The notes beneath the pieces are model-generated. The model saw nothing but the letters and a program-made list of their open reading frames with translations. It did not search any database and was not told the DNA's origin. Below, one piece after another: positions 41,025 through 53,600 of a DNA stretch of 64,000 nucleotides. A program made the position numbers and the translations under genes. Source of the DNA: the human T2T-CHM13v2.0 reference genome, Homo sapiens; assembly GCF_009914755.1 (NCBI RefSeq), contig NC_060925.1; one strand, 5' to 3'. Every line of letters begins with the position of its first letter. Within the stretch, counting starts at the first letter, position 1.

Positions 41025-41252
41025 ATACTATCTGATTTAGTTTTTGTGGAGCCTCAATTTCCAGGTATGTTAATTTTAGAATTCAGGTTTTTAAAAATAC
41101 TTAACAATCTTACTTTTGAAAACATCAAGAAATTTATTACCATCTAACCACATTGCTTAGACTTGGGGCCCTCTTAGAGCCTTGGGAATGAACTGTTAGG
41201 AGAAGAACATAGAAGTTTAAGCTTCATTAGTTTCACAATAAATCTGCCTCTG
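41025..41252 (-). mobile_element. hAT-Tip100 (Zaphod/MER115-like) DNA transposon relic
   Basis: terminus aagcttcattagtttcacaataaatctgcctctg. Confidence 0.6.
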
Positions 41253-44200
41253 AATCTCACTAGTTCTAACAGGTTCACTCTCTTGAAGTTTTAAGAATAA
41301 TTTGTAGGGGTCGGGGGTGTCAAGGGTAGAAGCAAGGAATTCCATTTGGAAACCATTGCAATAATCTAGGCAAGAAATGATGGTGGCTCAAGCCAGATGA
41401 ACATGGTAGCAGTGGATGTGATGAGAAGTGGATGGATGCTGAATATATATGAAAGGGAGAGATGAGAGGATTTGCCGATGGATTGAATACAGAATATGGA
41501 AGAAGGGAATGTCAAGCATCACAGTGAGGTTTGGGCCTGAGTAGTTAGAAAATGTACAGAGTGGCCAGATTGTGATAGATCTGCAGGACCCTGGGATGAA
41601 CCTTAACGAACAGGCAAAGAATCCAATTTTTAAAAAGAAGTTTGTTTGTGTGGCATGGAGGAAACAAAAAGACTGAATTAAAACAGGTTCTTGACTCCCC
41701 GCCACCCTTTTTTCATTTTAGTGTCCCCATCCCCTTCATTTAAGATGGAAATCTTATTTAAAACTAAAATGCTGATGATGTCTCTCTTCCAATTATTAAT
41801 TGAGAAAGAAAATCATATTCTTTTTTTTTCTATGCCTTGTATTTGGAGAAACACTGCTGCCCACTGCAGTGGCCAGCACTGTCTGGTCAGTATTTGTTGG
41901 TGCACTGTAGACTATAGGAATTTCAAGCCTATACACCAGAAGGTAGCTATTAACAATCTAGGAATCACTGAGGCAAGTGCTGATTGTGACAGCCATGCAT
42001 CACTCTGCATATTAATCTGTCACTGTTTCCCAGGAACTGGAGATTTCTTTTTTTTTTTTTTCAAGAGGATGTCTTTGAAAGCTCCCCAGTTTTCTAAGAG
42101 TTATTTCCATGATGGCATTTGTTTCAGTCAGAATAAAGAAGCCACTTCTCAGGCCTCCAGAAGTGTTCATTGCACTCTCTGGTAGGTCCAAAGCTACATC
42201 CAACTTTATATGTTATTCTTTAATAACAACTTTTCATCTCATAAGAGTGAAACACAGAAAGGCTCACTAGTATCAATGACCAGGTAATTGCAGCATCAGG
42301 AGCTCTCTGTTTTACATGAGGCTCTGGCTTTGAGAATACTTGATAGTTAGCAAATTTGCTTTTGCTAGAAAAAAAATCAAAGTGATTCATAAAATTAAAT
42401 TTGGAGGGGTCATGAAGAGAGGCCAACGAGGTTTTGATTCCCTGTTTTCCCTCTCTCAGGTATATTAGCAAAGATTGTTGATGAAAAGTGAACACTTAAA
42501 CCTAAAAGGAAATTTAACATGAAGCTGTCTTAGGTGCAAAGCCACAATGGCTGAATAATATCTAGTGAAGTCATAAGTCTTTGAATGTAGTTTTCTTTAT
42601 TAAGAAGAATAAAATATTTTCCCCAAGAATGTAGGTCTGTCATGAATACTTTATTTTGTGGTGCATTTAGGTCACACCAGAAATTACTGCTTTATTCTAA
42701 AAATGAAAACCAAATGAATCTCAGCTGGCCATTTGTGTAAGAAGAAAACAAAGCATCATTGTTTTATCCTTTTAATGGAGAGCTCCCCACCATCAATTTG
42801 TCTGCCGACTACATGAAGTTGTTTATTACTTGTAAGCTTCTGAGAGCAGATGAGTAAAAGTAAGATTTGATAACTCAGCTTTATGTCTACCAATCTACCT
42901 TGGCTGGACAGAGGAAAATGGAGTTTTATAGGATTTTCCATGGGCTGCTACTGACTGGAGTCACTTAGGAGTACATTCTGACCTGTAATAATTTATGAAA
43001 TTTATTGCTACTTAAGTTTGTCTGGACAATTTCTGGCTGTTAGAAGGGTAAATAATTTATTTGAAGATGATAGCAAGGTCATATTAAATACTTCATCAGA
43101 AGAAAAGCAGTTGCAATTACATCATGCTCTCTGACCAAATGGCACACTCCTGTCAGTGAGGCAGAGGGCTCTTCCAGAGTGGGGCTGCAGAACTGCAGCA
43201 GATTAGTGTAAGTGATGCAATTTGAGTTGAGTGGACCAAGTTATGCCATTAACCAGATGATATCAATGACAGCCTTCCTCTGATGGTCAGCATTAGCTTG
43301 AAATTGTCTGTTGGGAGAAATTAGACTTGCCCTGAATCACAATTCAGCCTACCCCATTGACATTGCTTAGGCTAAACTTGCAATGTGTATGGTGAGGAAC
43401 AAAGCCTGGAAGGGAATGAATAAAAAAACCCATAGCAAACTGTTGGAAGTTTCCTTCTGACAGGCAGAAAACCAACTGAGAATCAGAATCAAGGTTTCTG
43501 TCAGCTTGGAGGTGAGGCAGGAACTGCTTTGGAGATTGTGAGCATGATGGGGTACTAGCCTCTTTAAAATGAAAAGTGGAAAGCCGTAGTTAGGGAGGCA
43601 GGTGCAGTCTTTAGCAGCCCCCCAGACCCCCAAACAATTATAAGCTGATTACAGCAAATGTTGGTGATGGTAGGCTTTATTTCTTTTGAAGATAGCTACA
43701 TCTTTTGACATATCTTAAATCATGAGAAGAGTTTATGTCCTAGCACATTTTTTTTTCTGTATCTCAGTAGTTCTGTAATGCCAGCTCTAGATATAAAAAC
43801 ACTTATGGCTCAGTAAAAGCAAGATTTACTTTTACTAATAAGGTGCAGATTATTCTCCTGATTCATAGACACAATTTCATATGTTCTGTTTGAACTTTTT
43901 ACTTTTATTAAAGTTATATGCTAAGATATAGTTTTCATCATATTAATCATAACCCTTTCTTACACTGCACTTAATGTAACATCACATATTTAGAAGAGTA
44001 AAATCCTAGAAACTACAAAAATCACGTAATTTGAATCTAACTTCACTATTATATTATACTGACATTATATCAAGCATAAGTTTTAGTTTAAACTAAAATC
44101 AGTAAAATTCTGTCTTTAACTTCTAGAAATAATTTATTTATTAGTGATTGAAACAAATGTTTTTACATCTGATCAAGAAATATAGCCACAAATAATTGGT

Positions 44201-44259
44201 TAATCCTGCTTGAAACTATACTGTTACTTAATATGTATAATTAAATTCATATGCATTTA

Positions 44260-44705
44260 AATTCATTTGTTAAGCAAGCATTTGTTGAGTTTCTACTATG
44301 TGCTTGGCACTCTGCTTAGGCACTGAAGCATTATATATACGTGTGTGTGTGTATATATGTATATATATATTTCTTGGAGTGATTATTGTGTGTGTGTGTG
44401 TGTGTGTATGTATATATATATACATATATATACATATACACACACACACACACACACACAATAATCACTCCAAGAAATATACAGTTTATTATAGGGCTAT
44501 AAGATTTGAGCATAATTAGTTTCAAGGCAAGGTAGAAAGTGACATCTTTTAAGCAAGTATAGGTAAATTGAAATGAAAATCCGGGAGAGAATTTTGCAAT
44601 GAGGAAAAGCTTCATAGGAGATGTAACTTTGAGTTGGACTTTGAAGGATGGATAAAAGCAAATCCATTCCAGGCAAAGGAACAACATGAGCAAAGGCACA
44701 GGGGT
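44260..44705 (-). mobile_element. L2 3' remnant hosting a palindromic microsatellite
   Basis: aagcatttgttgagtttctactatgtgcttggcactctgcttaggcactg; ccattccaggcaaaggaacaacatgagcaaaggcacag. Confidence 0.75.
44366..44481. repeat. 116-bp inverted repeat: unique arm + (TG)n/(TA)n/(CA)n + inverted unique arm
   Basis: tatatttcttggagtgattattgtg... and ...cacaataatcactccaagaaatata are exact reverse complements. Confidence 0.95.
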
Positions 44706-44779
44706 GGGATATTACACAAAAAAGGGGAACTCAGGCTGACTCTATTACTTGACTTCTGTTCTTTAAAAGCACTCTTTCT

Positions 44780-44920
44780 GGTCAAGCGTGGTGGCTCACG
44801 CCTGTAATCTCAGCACTTTGGGAGACCAAGGCAGGTGGATCACTTGAGCCCAGGAGTTTGAGACCAGCCTAGGGATCCCATCTCTATCAAAACAAGCAAA
44901 CAAACAAACAAACAAAAAGA
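44780..44920 (+). mobile_element. FLAM_C/Alu left monomer with (CAAA)n tail
   Basis: ggtcaagcgtggtggctcacgcctgtaatctcagcactttggga...cacttgagcccaggagtttgagaccagcct. Confidence 0.88.
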
Positions 44921-46271
44921 AACACACTCTTCCTTCCTTCCACAGTTCTTACAAAATTAGAATAAAGATGGCTTGTATCTCATCAACTGGCTCTCAGTTG
45001 GGTAAGTTGGTCAAATCAGAGATAACTGGGTTCAGAATTACTAAGGATTTTTTTGCATATGCATTTAATATGCAATAAAAGGCTTTCTTTGACATTAACA
45101 TTTTGCATAACAAGAACTACCACCACTAACAACAAATGCAATTTTTGTAACGAATTAGAAAAAATAAATTGAAGCTATGAGCATTTGTGTTCCCACAAAG
45201 AAGGCAAAAGTGACCAATGATAAAAATCCATAAAGACAAGTTAGTGATATAAAATGTGAGCAATAACTAGATAGTATCCAATTAAAAGATGTTTAAAAGC
45301 CAAAGGGAAATCTGACTACCTAAGATGAGGGAATGGAGTTAATTGCTTCACCAGCCAGATCTCATCAAAGAGTCTCAAAGAAAGATGTTTGTGTAACATC
45401 AGTATAATGCAGAGCATTAAATGTTGATAGGGTACACGTCATTGCTTTTGCTTATCAAAAAATGCCCTGAATTAGAGACAAAGTTGATAGGTATGTCTGT
45501 CCATAATATCCTAGCTTAAGTTAGAAAATCTGATTTTAAATTTCTCTCCCATTTCTGTTATTGCTTTCCTCTTACACATCCCTTTCTGCTCCTCTGTCTT
45601 ACCTCCCTCACCTCGAATATCCAAACTTCTAGGTCTTCACTATCACAGAGGAAATTAGGTAAAGGACTATATCACAACTGTTGCATTTTGCTTGTGTAAT
45701 AATAACTGTCCAAACACAGAAATATATTGGTGTTTTTTGAACGTTAACCGTTAATGAAGCAGCTATTTATCCATAGATAGTCCTCACAGGTATGCCTTGC
45801 CCATTTGATGGCTGAGGCCAATCTTCCTAATGGGTGGCAATAATTTTTAGAATGACTTGAGCACAGGTAAAACACGAATCAAGTAGAATTTTTCTTCAAC
45901 ATCATCTGCAAGGAAAATTCTGTATGTCCCATAGGAAAAAGGCACTATTGGTCCTACACCTTATTCCTTTGAGGCTTTCATCAATAATAGCTTTCTCTAG
46001 GAAAACACAAATGAGAGTTATTTCAACTCCACAAGTGCAGCATCTCATTGGGTTTAAATCTTCCAAGTATAAAAATCTTTTCCTTGGAGTAGTTTCTGAG
46101 CGACATCAGTAGCCTACAAGGGTAGAATTGCCCCAGCAGAGATGATAACAACATCATTGTTACTGATGATGACACACTATCCCAGCCCCCGTGCAGTTGG
46201 AGCTGTCACTCCTGTTTCAATTCAACGATCTTTTGATAAAATATTTGTGTCATTCCTATGGATATTTCAAC

Positions 46272-46575
<304 letters not shown>

Positions 46576-46714
46576 TGAAATTAAAGTTTTGGCATTAGGC
46601 TTAGTTAGAATGTGTAGGACACTTATTTTATATATGATTAAAGAGAAGTAAAATAGGAAGGGAATGGAGCTGACCCCATATCAGTCAATTGTGTCCTTGT
46701 TCAGGGTGAAAACC

Positions 46715-46835
46715 TGGGTTCATCACCACTTATTAGCTGCTGACAATCAGTAAGAAGGGCTGCTGTGAGGATTAAATTAGATAATGCACATTAGAAATTA
46801 ACGTATCTAGCACATAGTAGGCATTCAATAAATGA
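46715..46835 (+). mobile_element. MIR
   Basis: gctgtgaggattaaattagataatgca...agcacatagtaggcattcaataaatg. Confidence 0.75.
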
Positions 46836-46915
46836 AGCTTTATTGCAATGTTCTTTTACATTTTGTAAATTATTTGTGTACATATATATATATACACGCA
46901 CACACGACTGAACTG

Positions 46916-47095
46916 AGAAACAGAACCAATAGCATAGATATAGACAGAAATATATATAGATACAAACAGATATAGATAGAAAGAGAAATAGATAATCTAA
47001 ATCTATTTATATCTATCTATATCTTTCTCTCAATCTGTATCTATCCTATTGGCTCTGGAGAACCAAGGTTTCTCTGGAGAATCTTGACTAATATA
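46916..47095. mobile_element. MLT2-type LTR terminus present in both orientations
   Basis: agaaacagaaccaatagcatagata ... tatcctattggctctg...tttctctggagaatcttgactaata. Confidence 0.65.
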
Positions 47096-48069
47096 TCTAA
47101 GGACTCTATAGGGGTTTATGGACCCTTCTCCCCCAACCCCCCACTTGAAATCCTCTGGAGAAGAGATTTTGAAAATAACTTGATTTCATTGCTTCCATGT
47201 AAAACTTTGCATCTCTCACAGAATGATTTTATCATTCTTGTAGTGGTGGCTTAGCAGGAGCTAGAAGCCCATTCAATGTTAAAGTACAAAGTAAACACTT
47301 CCTGTAGATATTGAAATAAATGTTTTCCATTTTACTCTAATTCAATTCTGGGGTAGTTAGAAAGTCAGTGATGCTCTTGGAAGAATTTCATGACAAGCAT
47401 CAAAATCCCTTGACTCGCTGGTTTGGAAAAGTTTTTCTGGGCGCAGCCGCCTAAGGTCCATGGCTGTCAGGAGAATTATAGTGTGTTGACTTTAACCATC
47501 TCAGATGTGTACTTGAGAAGGTTTTGCCAGAGTCTTGGAAGGAAGTCTAGGTAAAGGAAATATAAAAATGAAGTATTTCTCATCAGGCACACACATTTTA
47601 AAAATTGTCTGAATTTTTTATTGTTTTAAAGTGTTATATGGCTTTCTATGGATATCAGGAAGAAATATTTATAAATCCTTAGAAACAACTTTGCATTTCT
47701 AAAAGCTTCAATAATAAAGGAATAGAAAGAATTTAAAAGTTGTGAATTATGTGAATTAACTATAGATAAAATTGCTGAACACTCGCACCTACAAGTTACC
47801 ATCTCCCATCATATTTGAGCGAATCATTGGCAAGAACCACACAATCTCCAGCGCAGGGATTTTACTCAGAAGGAACTGTTGTCACCACCCAGGTAAATGA
47901 TAAATAAATGACTTATTGGTAAGACGTATTGTAAGATGATTTTTACAGTTCTTTGGAAGGACTATTCTACTGAAACTCATTATGCAGAAAAGAGCAGTCT
48001 TACAAAAAGCGCTTTGGTCCAAGAGAAGAGAATCTGTCCCATATGCACCATCTTTCACTCATTGTCTAT

Positions 48070-48240
48070 CATTGCCCCTGACTTACTTCATGACCAGTTT
48101 GTGACGGTTTCTTATCTTCAAAGTGGAGATAATACTTGTCTTTTCTCACAGGAACATTGTGAAGATAAATGAGATAAATCATTTGAAGTGCTTTGGGCTC
48201 CACTGATGATAAGTGCTATGTTATTTCAAAGCATTATTAT
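48070..48240 (+). mobile_element. MIR
   Basis: gtttcttatcttcaaagtggagataata...ttgtgaagataaatgagataa. Confidence 0.7.
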
Positions 48241-49078
48241 TTACTTCACAAGTGACTTGTCACCATTCCTAATCTGTGTAAAGCACTTTGAATTCCTTAG
48301 AGAAAAAGGTGATATTGAGTGAAATTTTAATACAAGTGGATAAATATGCACCACATAGAATCTGTTCTGTTAGAGGCCCCATTTCTATTGTAAGGAGAAA
48401 ATAACACATGTTGTAGCACACTAGATAAGAAGAAATGTCAGGAAATACTTGTGCTTCTCAACTAGCTTTCTCATGAGCCCTCCCAAACTAGCCCAAGAAA
48501 TGGACTTATATTAGTGACACATTACATTAATGTGAATACTTGACTTAAATCACACTGGTCCTTAAAACTTCCCATCTTATCTTACTATTCTATATAAAAA
48601 TAATTGACTTGTCAAACAATTACTGAGCATTTACTATTTATTTGCCACTGGACTAGATTCTGGAGATACAAAAATGGCCAAAGTAAGAAAAAGACAATGA
48701 AATTACATATAAAGAAAAGTAGAACATGGTAATCTAATTGGTTAAATTAGAAACACCAGTGTGACATTAGGACCTTAAAATAATATATTATTTAAAGCTT
48801 GGCACTACTAAAGCTCTCCAATAGTAGAAATAGCAGTAGTATTAGAACTTCACCCATTTCCAATTTTCAGGAAACCCCTAGGATAAAGATTTTAGTCTCT
48901 CATACTGCTCTCCACTACAGAAAATCAGGACTGTTTGGTTTTCTGTGTAGCTAATTCCACACCTTACATCAGGAGAAAAATAGAATGGGCCCGGAAATTT
49001 TACTTTTGCCACAGGAATACTTTCAAGGGTAACAGAGGCAGTTATAAAGAAAAAAACCAAAATCTAAAGAAGTTCCTG

Positions 49079-49461
<383 letters not shown>

Positions 49462-49529
49462 TTAATTGGAACACATTAGATTTATAAAAAACCAAAAATT
49501 CTTATTGATATTCAGATTTGATATATGTT

Positions 49530-50480
49530 TTATTTAATCCAGTCCTTCAACCTTTATTTATTAAGTGTCTACTTTGGGCGATCACTAGAGCTGGCATTCT
49601 AGTGGAGGGAAAAAAATGAATAAATAAGCAAAATCTTGTATCTCAATGGTGCTGAGTACTACAGAAAGAAATAAATGAGGAAGGTAGGCAATAAATGCCA
49701 GAGAGAAGCTGTGAAGAAGAGAAAGAGAACCAGGAGTTTCTTTGGGTAAAGGGTAGTATAAAGAATAAAGAATGTTGGAGATGAGGTCAGATATTTCCAG
49801 GAAATAGAATTGTGTAGAGGTTTTGTTTTTTGTTGTTGTTTGTTTGTTTTGCCAGTGGAGAGAGTTTGGCTTTTCCCCGGGTGAAATAAACAGCCATTTG
49901 CAGCTATGGGGACAATGGATTGCAGGTGGGGCAACAGTAGCAGTGAGATCACAATGTGGGAGTCCACTGCAATAATCCAGGAGAGAAATCATGTGAGCTT
50001 GAGAAGGAATCAGATTCTGCATATATTTCCAAGTTAACATGAACAAGATTTTCTGAAAGACTGCTATGGAGTCTGAGAAAAAATGTCAAAGGTAGTGCCA
50101 AAATTGTCACTTAAAGAACTGCAGGAATGGAGTTGGCATTTACAGAATTTGGAAGAGAAGCAGGTTTAGTGATAAAGACCAGAAGCACAGAGCTAAGCAT
50201 ATTAAATGTGAGTTGTCTATTAGGCATTCAAGAAGACATATAGAGTGGGCAGTGGCTATATGAGGCTAGAGTTCTGGGAAGGCTGGGCTGATGACAGAAA
50301 TGTATTAGTCATTAACATTTATGTGTGTGTGTACACATATGCACATGAACACTGGATATGCGAATGCACAGATTGAGGACATGAAGAGGAAAGAACTGAC
50401 AGAGGAGGTGAAGAAAGGTGATCAGGAAGAGCCATCAAAGTGTTATCCTGGAATTCAAGTGAAGACAGTGTTTCAAAGGT
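49530..50480 (-). mobile_element. L2a remnant
   Basis: tgcaataatccaggagagaaatcatg; ggaatggagttggcatttac; aatgtgagttgtctattaggcattcaag. Confidence 0.75.
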
Positions 50481-51728
50481 AATTAAAATAAAAAAGAAGG
50501 TTGCAAAACGGTAAGAGGTATACAGTTTTTACAGATGTTAATAAACAAACTGTTGGCATATCATTTGGGATTTTTACATTTATTGTATCCTGGTTTACCA
50601 AGTTTATCTGGGTAAACTCAAGTCATTCTGGAAAATGTAGCCACATACCAAGAATAGGAAGGAATGGTGAACAGCGATAGTCACTCATAAGAACCATATT
50701 TAAACCAGCTCCAGCTATTTATAACATATGTGGCTACACATAAAATCTCAGTGGAAAGAATGCTCCACACTATTTCAAAATTTCGATCAGTTAGTCAAAG
50801 AACTAACGATGAGAGTTAGAGTGCAGCTTCACTCCTTTATTTCCTAGGAGATGAAAATACTGGTTGGATCTTTTGAATTACAATAAAAATAATAATGAAG
50901 AGTTAATAATATTGAACCAGGTTACTGCATTGCAAAGACGATTCAATGTGTTAAGTATGGCAGGCTATTTAAAACTTGATTTATTGGAAAGATAATAATT
51001 TATGGAGATAAAAATACATGTGAGAAAGAGGGGGCATTAAAATATAAAACAAGGAAAACATTATTGTTGAAAAGGACTCAGCCAAATTATATGACACTGT
51101 GGTTTAATTCCCTTGTACCGGGGCCTGAGAGAAGATCTTCAGTAACTGTTTGATAACCTTGATTCTGTAACATCTGCTGTTCTGAGAAGAAGGGAATCTA
51201 GAAAGATCAATAACATTCCAGAACGAAATCAATATAATACTTTCTGAAACCACGGGAAAATATCAAAATAAGCATTAAAGTAATTTGAGAATGTACAAAA
51301 TCTGGTATAGAAATAAGGAATAATTAAAGTAAGTCTATGGAGTTGATTCTTTTAGACAAGAAGTTAAATGTTAATGTTATAAATTTTGTATTATTGCATT
51401 TGTGTATACCTTTATTGTTGTTTAAATTGTTTAGAAATTTATAATTGCCATGTACATTATTTGAGAGAAATTAGTCAAAATAACTGATATTTGAATCTTT
51501 AAAAAAATGAGTTTTCATAGTTTTATCTTTTAGATGTGAGTTTCAATATATTGAACATTAAATGACAAAGGGAACACTCATATTTTCCTTCCCTGTAAAA
51601 CCTCCTTGAACACTGAATAATTAAAGACAGCTCAGTATTCAAGGATCTAAGTGCAGGATTACAGAGACAGGCACATAAACATATTTATAAGGCCATGTGG
51701 TATGTAATAACTGAGACATGCATTAGGG

Positions 51729-52656
51729 AAGCAGTCCTCAAATTTTTTAAATCCCAGGAACATTTTAAATGCTTAAAAATTATTGAGGACATATATGTGT
51801 TAAAAGTATCAATATTTACTCTATGAAAAATTTAAAACGAGTTATTTCAAAATATTTATTAATTTATTTTAAAATACAATAAACCTTTTACATGTTAACA
51901 TAACATTCTTCTGTGAAATATAATTAGATCTTCCAAAACACAAATCTTAGAAGAATGGCATTGTTTTAAATTATTGCAAATCTACTTAATATCCATCTTA
52001 GCAGAAGATACATGGATTTTCATATCTACTTCTATTTTTAATTTATTGTAATATGTTGTTTGGGTTGTTACATATGATAAATATATCACTTCCCATAAGT
52101 ATATATTTGGTAAAAGAAGAGAATTTCAATAGCCTTTTAAGGTAATTATTTTAAACTACACCAAAATTCAAGTAGTTTCTAAAATGTTAGTATTAAAGGG
52201 TACCCTAAAGTAATATTAATAAATTTTCATATTATACATAACTAATTGATATATCTCACATATTGGATGGATCTTTTAGCCATGCATAATTATATACATT
52301 ATAATTGATCATTTAAAAGATATTGGTTCACTGAGTTATATAAATCCTGTAAAATTTGATAAATGTTATTATATAATATCAAGCTCACAATGACTGATAA
52401 AAGCTTTCCAAAATTCTAATTTTCTCTTAAACGTTCAAATTTTGTCATAACAATAAAGACTATTAGCTGTTTTTCTTGAAGTAGCAGCCTAATGTCATTT
52501 ATTTTCAGAAAAATATGTGCCAAATAACCAATGTCAACACAGTGAACAAGGCACATATCATCTTACTATTAGTACAAAAATAATTTGAATTTGTGGAGCC
52601 CCTAAAACGGACTTAAGAATCCCCCAAAATCTGTTGAACACTTATGATAACTATTG
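51729..52656. mobile_element. Charlie1-family (hAT) internally deleted DNA transposon inserted in L2
   Basis: cttaaaaattattgaggac...agaagaatggcattgttttaaattattgcaaatct; 8-bp TSD cattaggg (51721-51728) / cattaggc (52657-52664). Confidence 0.8.
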
Positions 52657-52659
52657 CAT

Positions 52660-53600
52660 TAGGCTGCTATGGGAATACAGAGCTGATACATCCACCCCAA
52701 CTTGGATGTTGGGGATGAGTGTTGCAGAAGACTTCTAAGAGAAAAGACATCTGAGCTGAGTCTAAAGAATAATTCCTATTTAGCTGAGAGAAAACATAGT
52801 GCTGTAGTATCAAATCAAGGCAAAACTGAAAGTGAAAGATAAAGTTTGGCTGAATCAAAGGAGAAATATGCCATATTAAGGATTTTAGATTTTTATCCTT
52901 TAGTCAAGAGACCGTTAGCTTTAAGGAGAAGAGCAGAATTGTTAGATGTCCATTTTAGAAAGATCATCTATATGAAGCATAGCTTTCAGGAGAACTAAAT
53001 TGGAGGCAGAGAGGCAAGGTGTAGAGCACATTTCCTCTCCTGCTCCTACTACTTTGTCTTTATTTAGTAATTACCAAAATGCAAAATAACAAATGTGCAA
53101 CACAAACGTTTGCTATGTAAAATAAAATAAAATAAAATAAAATAGAAAACAATATAGAAAGGCAAAGCTAACCTCCCTGTCTTTCTTCACTTTCATCACC
53201 TTCAGGTAACCAATGTTAGAGCCTGGTGTGTATCTTTCAGAGGATAGTTTCTTTGTGATTGTGAGTAGCTTAGCTGTTGAGCAAGCCACTGGATACAAGA
53301 CTAACCTTACAGAAAGGTCAATCCTGGATGGGTAGGATGTCATCAACATATGAGGCATGGTTAAAACCATGAATGTGGATGAGATCCTCCCGGAGGATCA
53401 CATAAAGAGGTCAGCGCACTGTGACCTGACTTACGGGGATTACTATATGGAAGCTGCATACAAAGATCAGAGGTCCAGCAGGGAGAGTGGGGACAATGAG
53501 TTTTGGGTGGAAATTCTGACAACACAGGATTAAAACACTGAGGATGTCCCTTTACATCGAGAAAGTGCTGAATAAACATCCTGAAGGAGGTTGGTGGATT
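52660..53600 (-). mobile_element. L2 remnants
   Basis: gacatctgagctgagtctaaagaataa; cattttagaaagatcatct; gtcatcaacatatgaggcatggttaaaaccatgaatgtggatgagatc. Confidence 0.6.

Larger units (their letters stand above)
40355..41560 (-). mobile_element. L2 remnant containing an STR, a tandem duplication and a DNA-transposon insertion
   Basis: gagatgggaagccattagaggtttttgaacagagg; gcaataatctaggcaagaaatgatggtggct; gatttgccgatggattg. Confidence 0.75.

Noticed and set aside
41691-42185. Longest ORF in the track (164 aa)
   Set aside because: Non-ATG start, runs through poly-T tracts, no recognisable domain or exon structure; consistent with chance.
44270-44699. Mirror-image ORFs with VCVC/THTH repeats on both strands
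   Set aside because: Artefact of the palindromic microsatellite; the DNA structure is reported instead.
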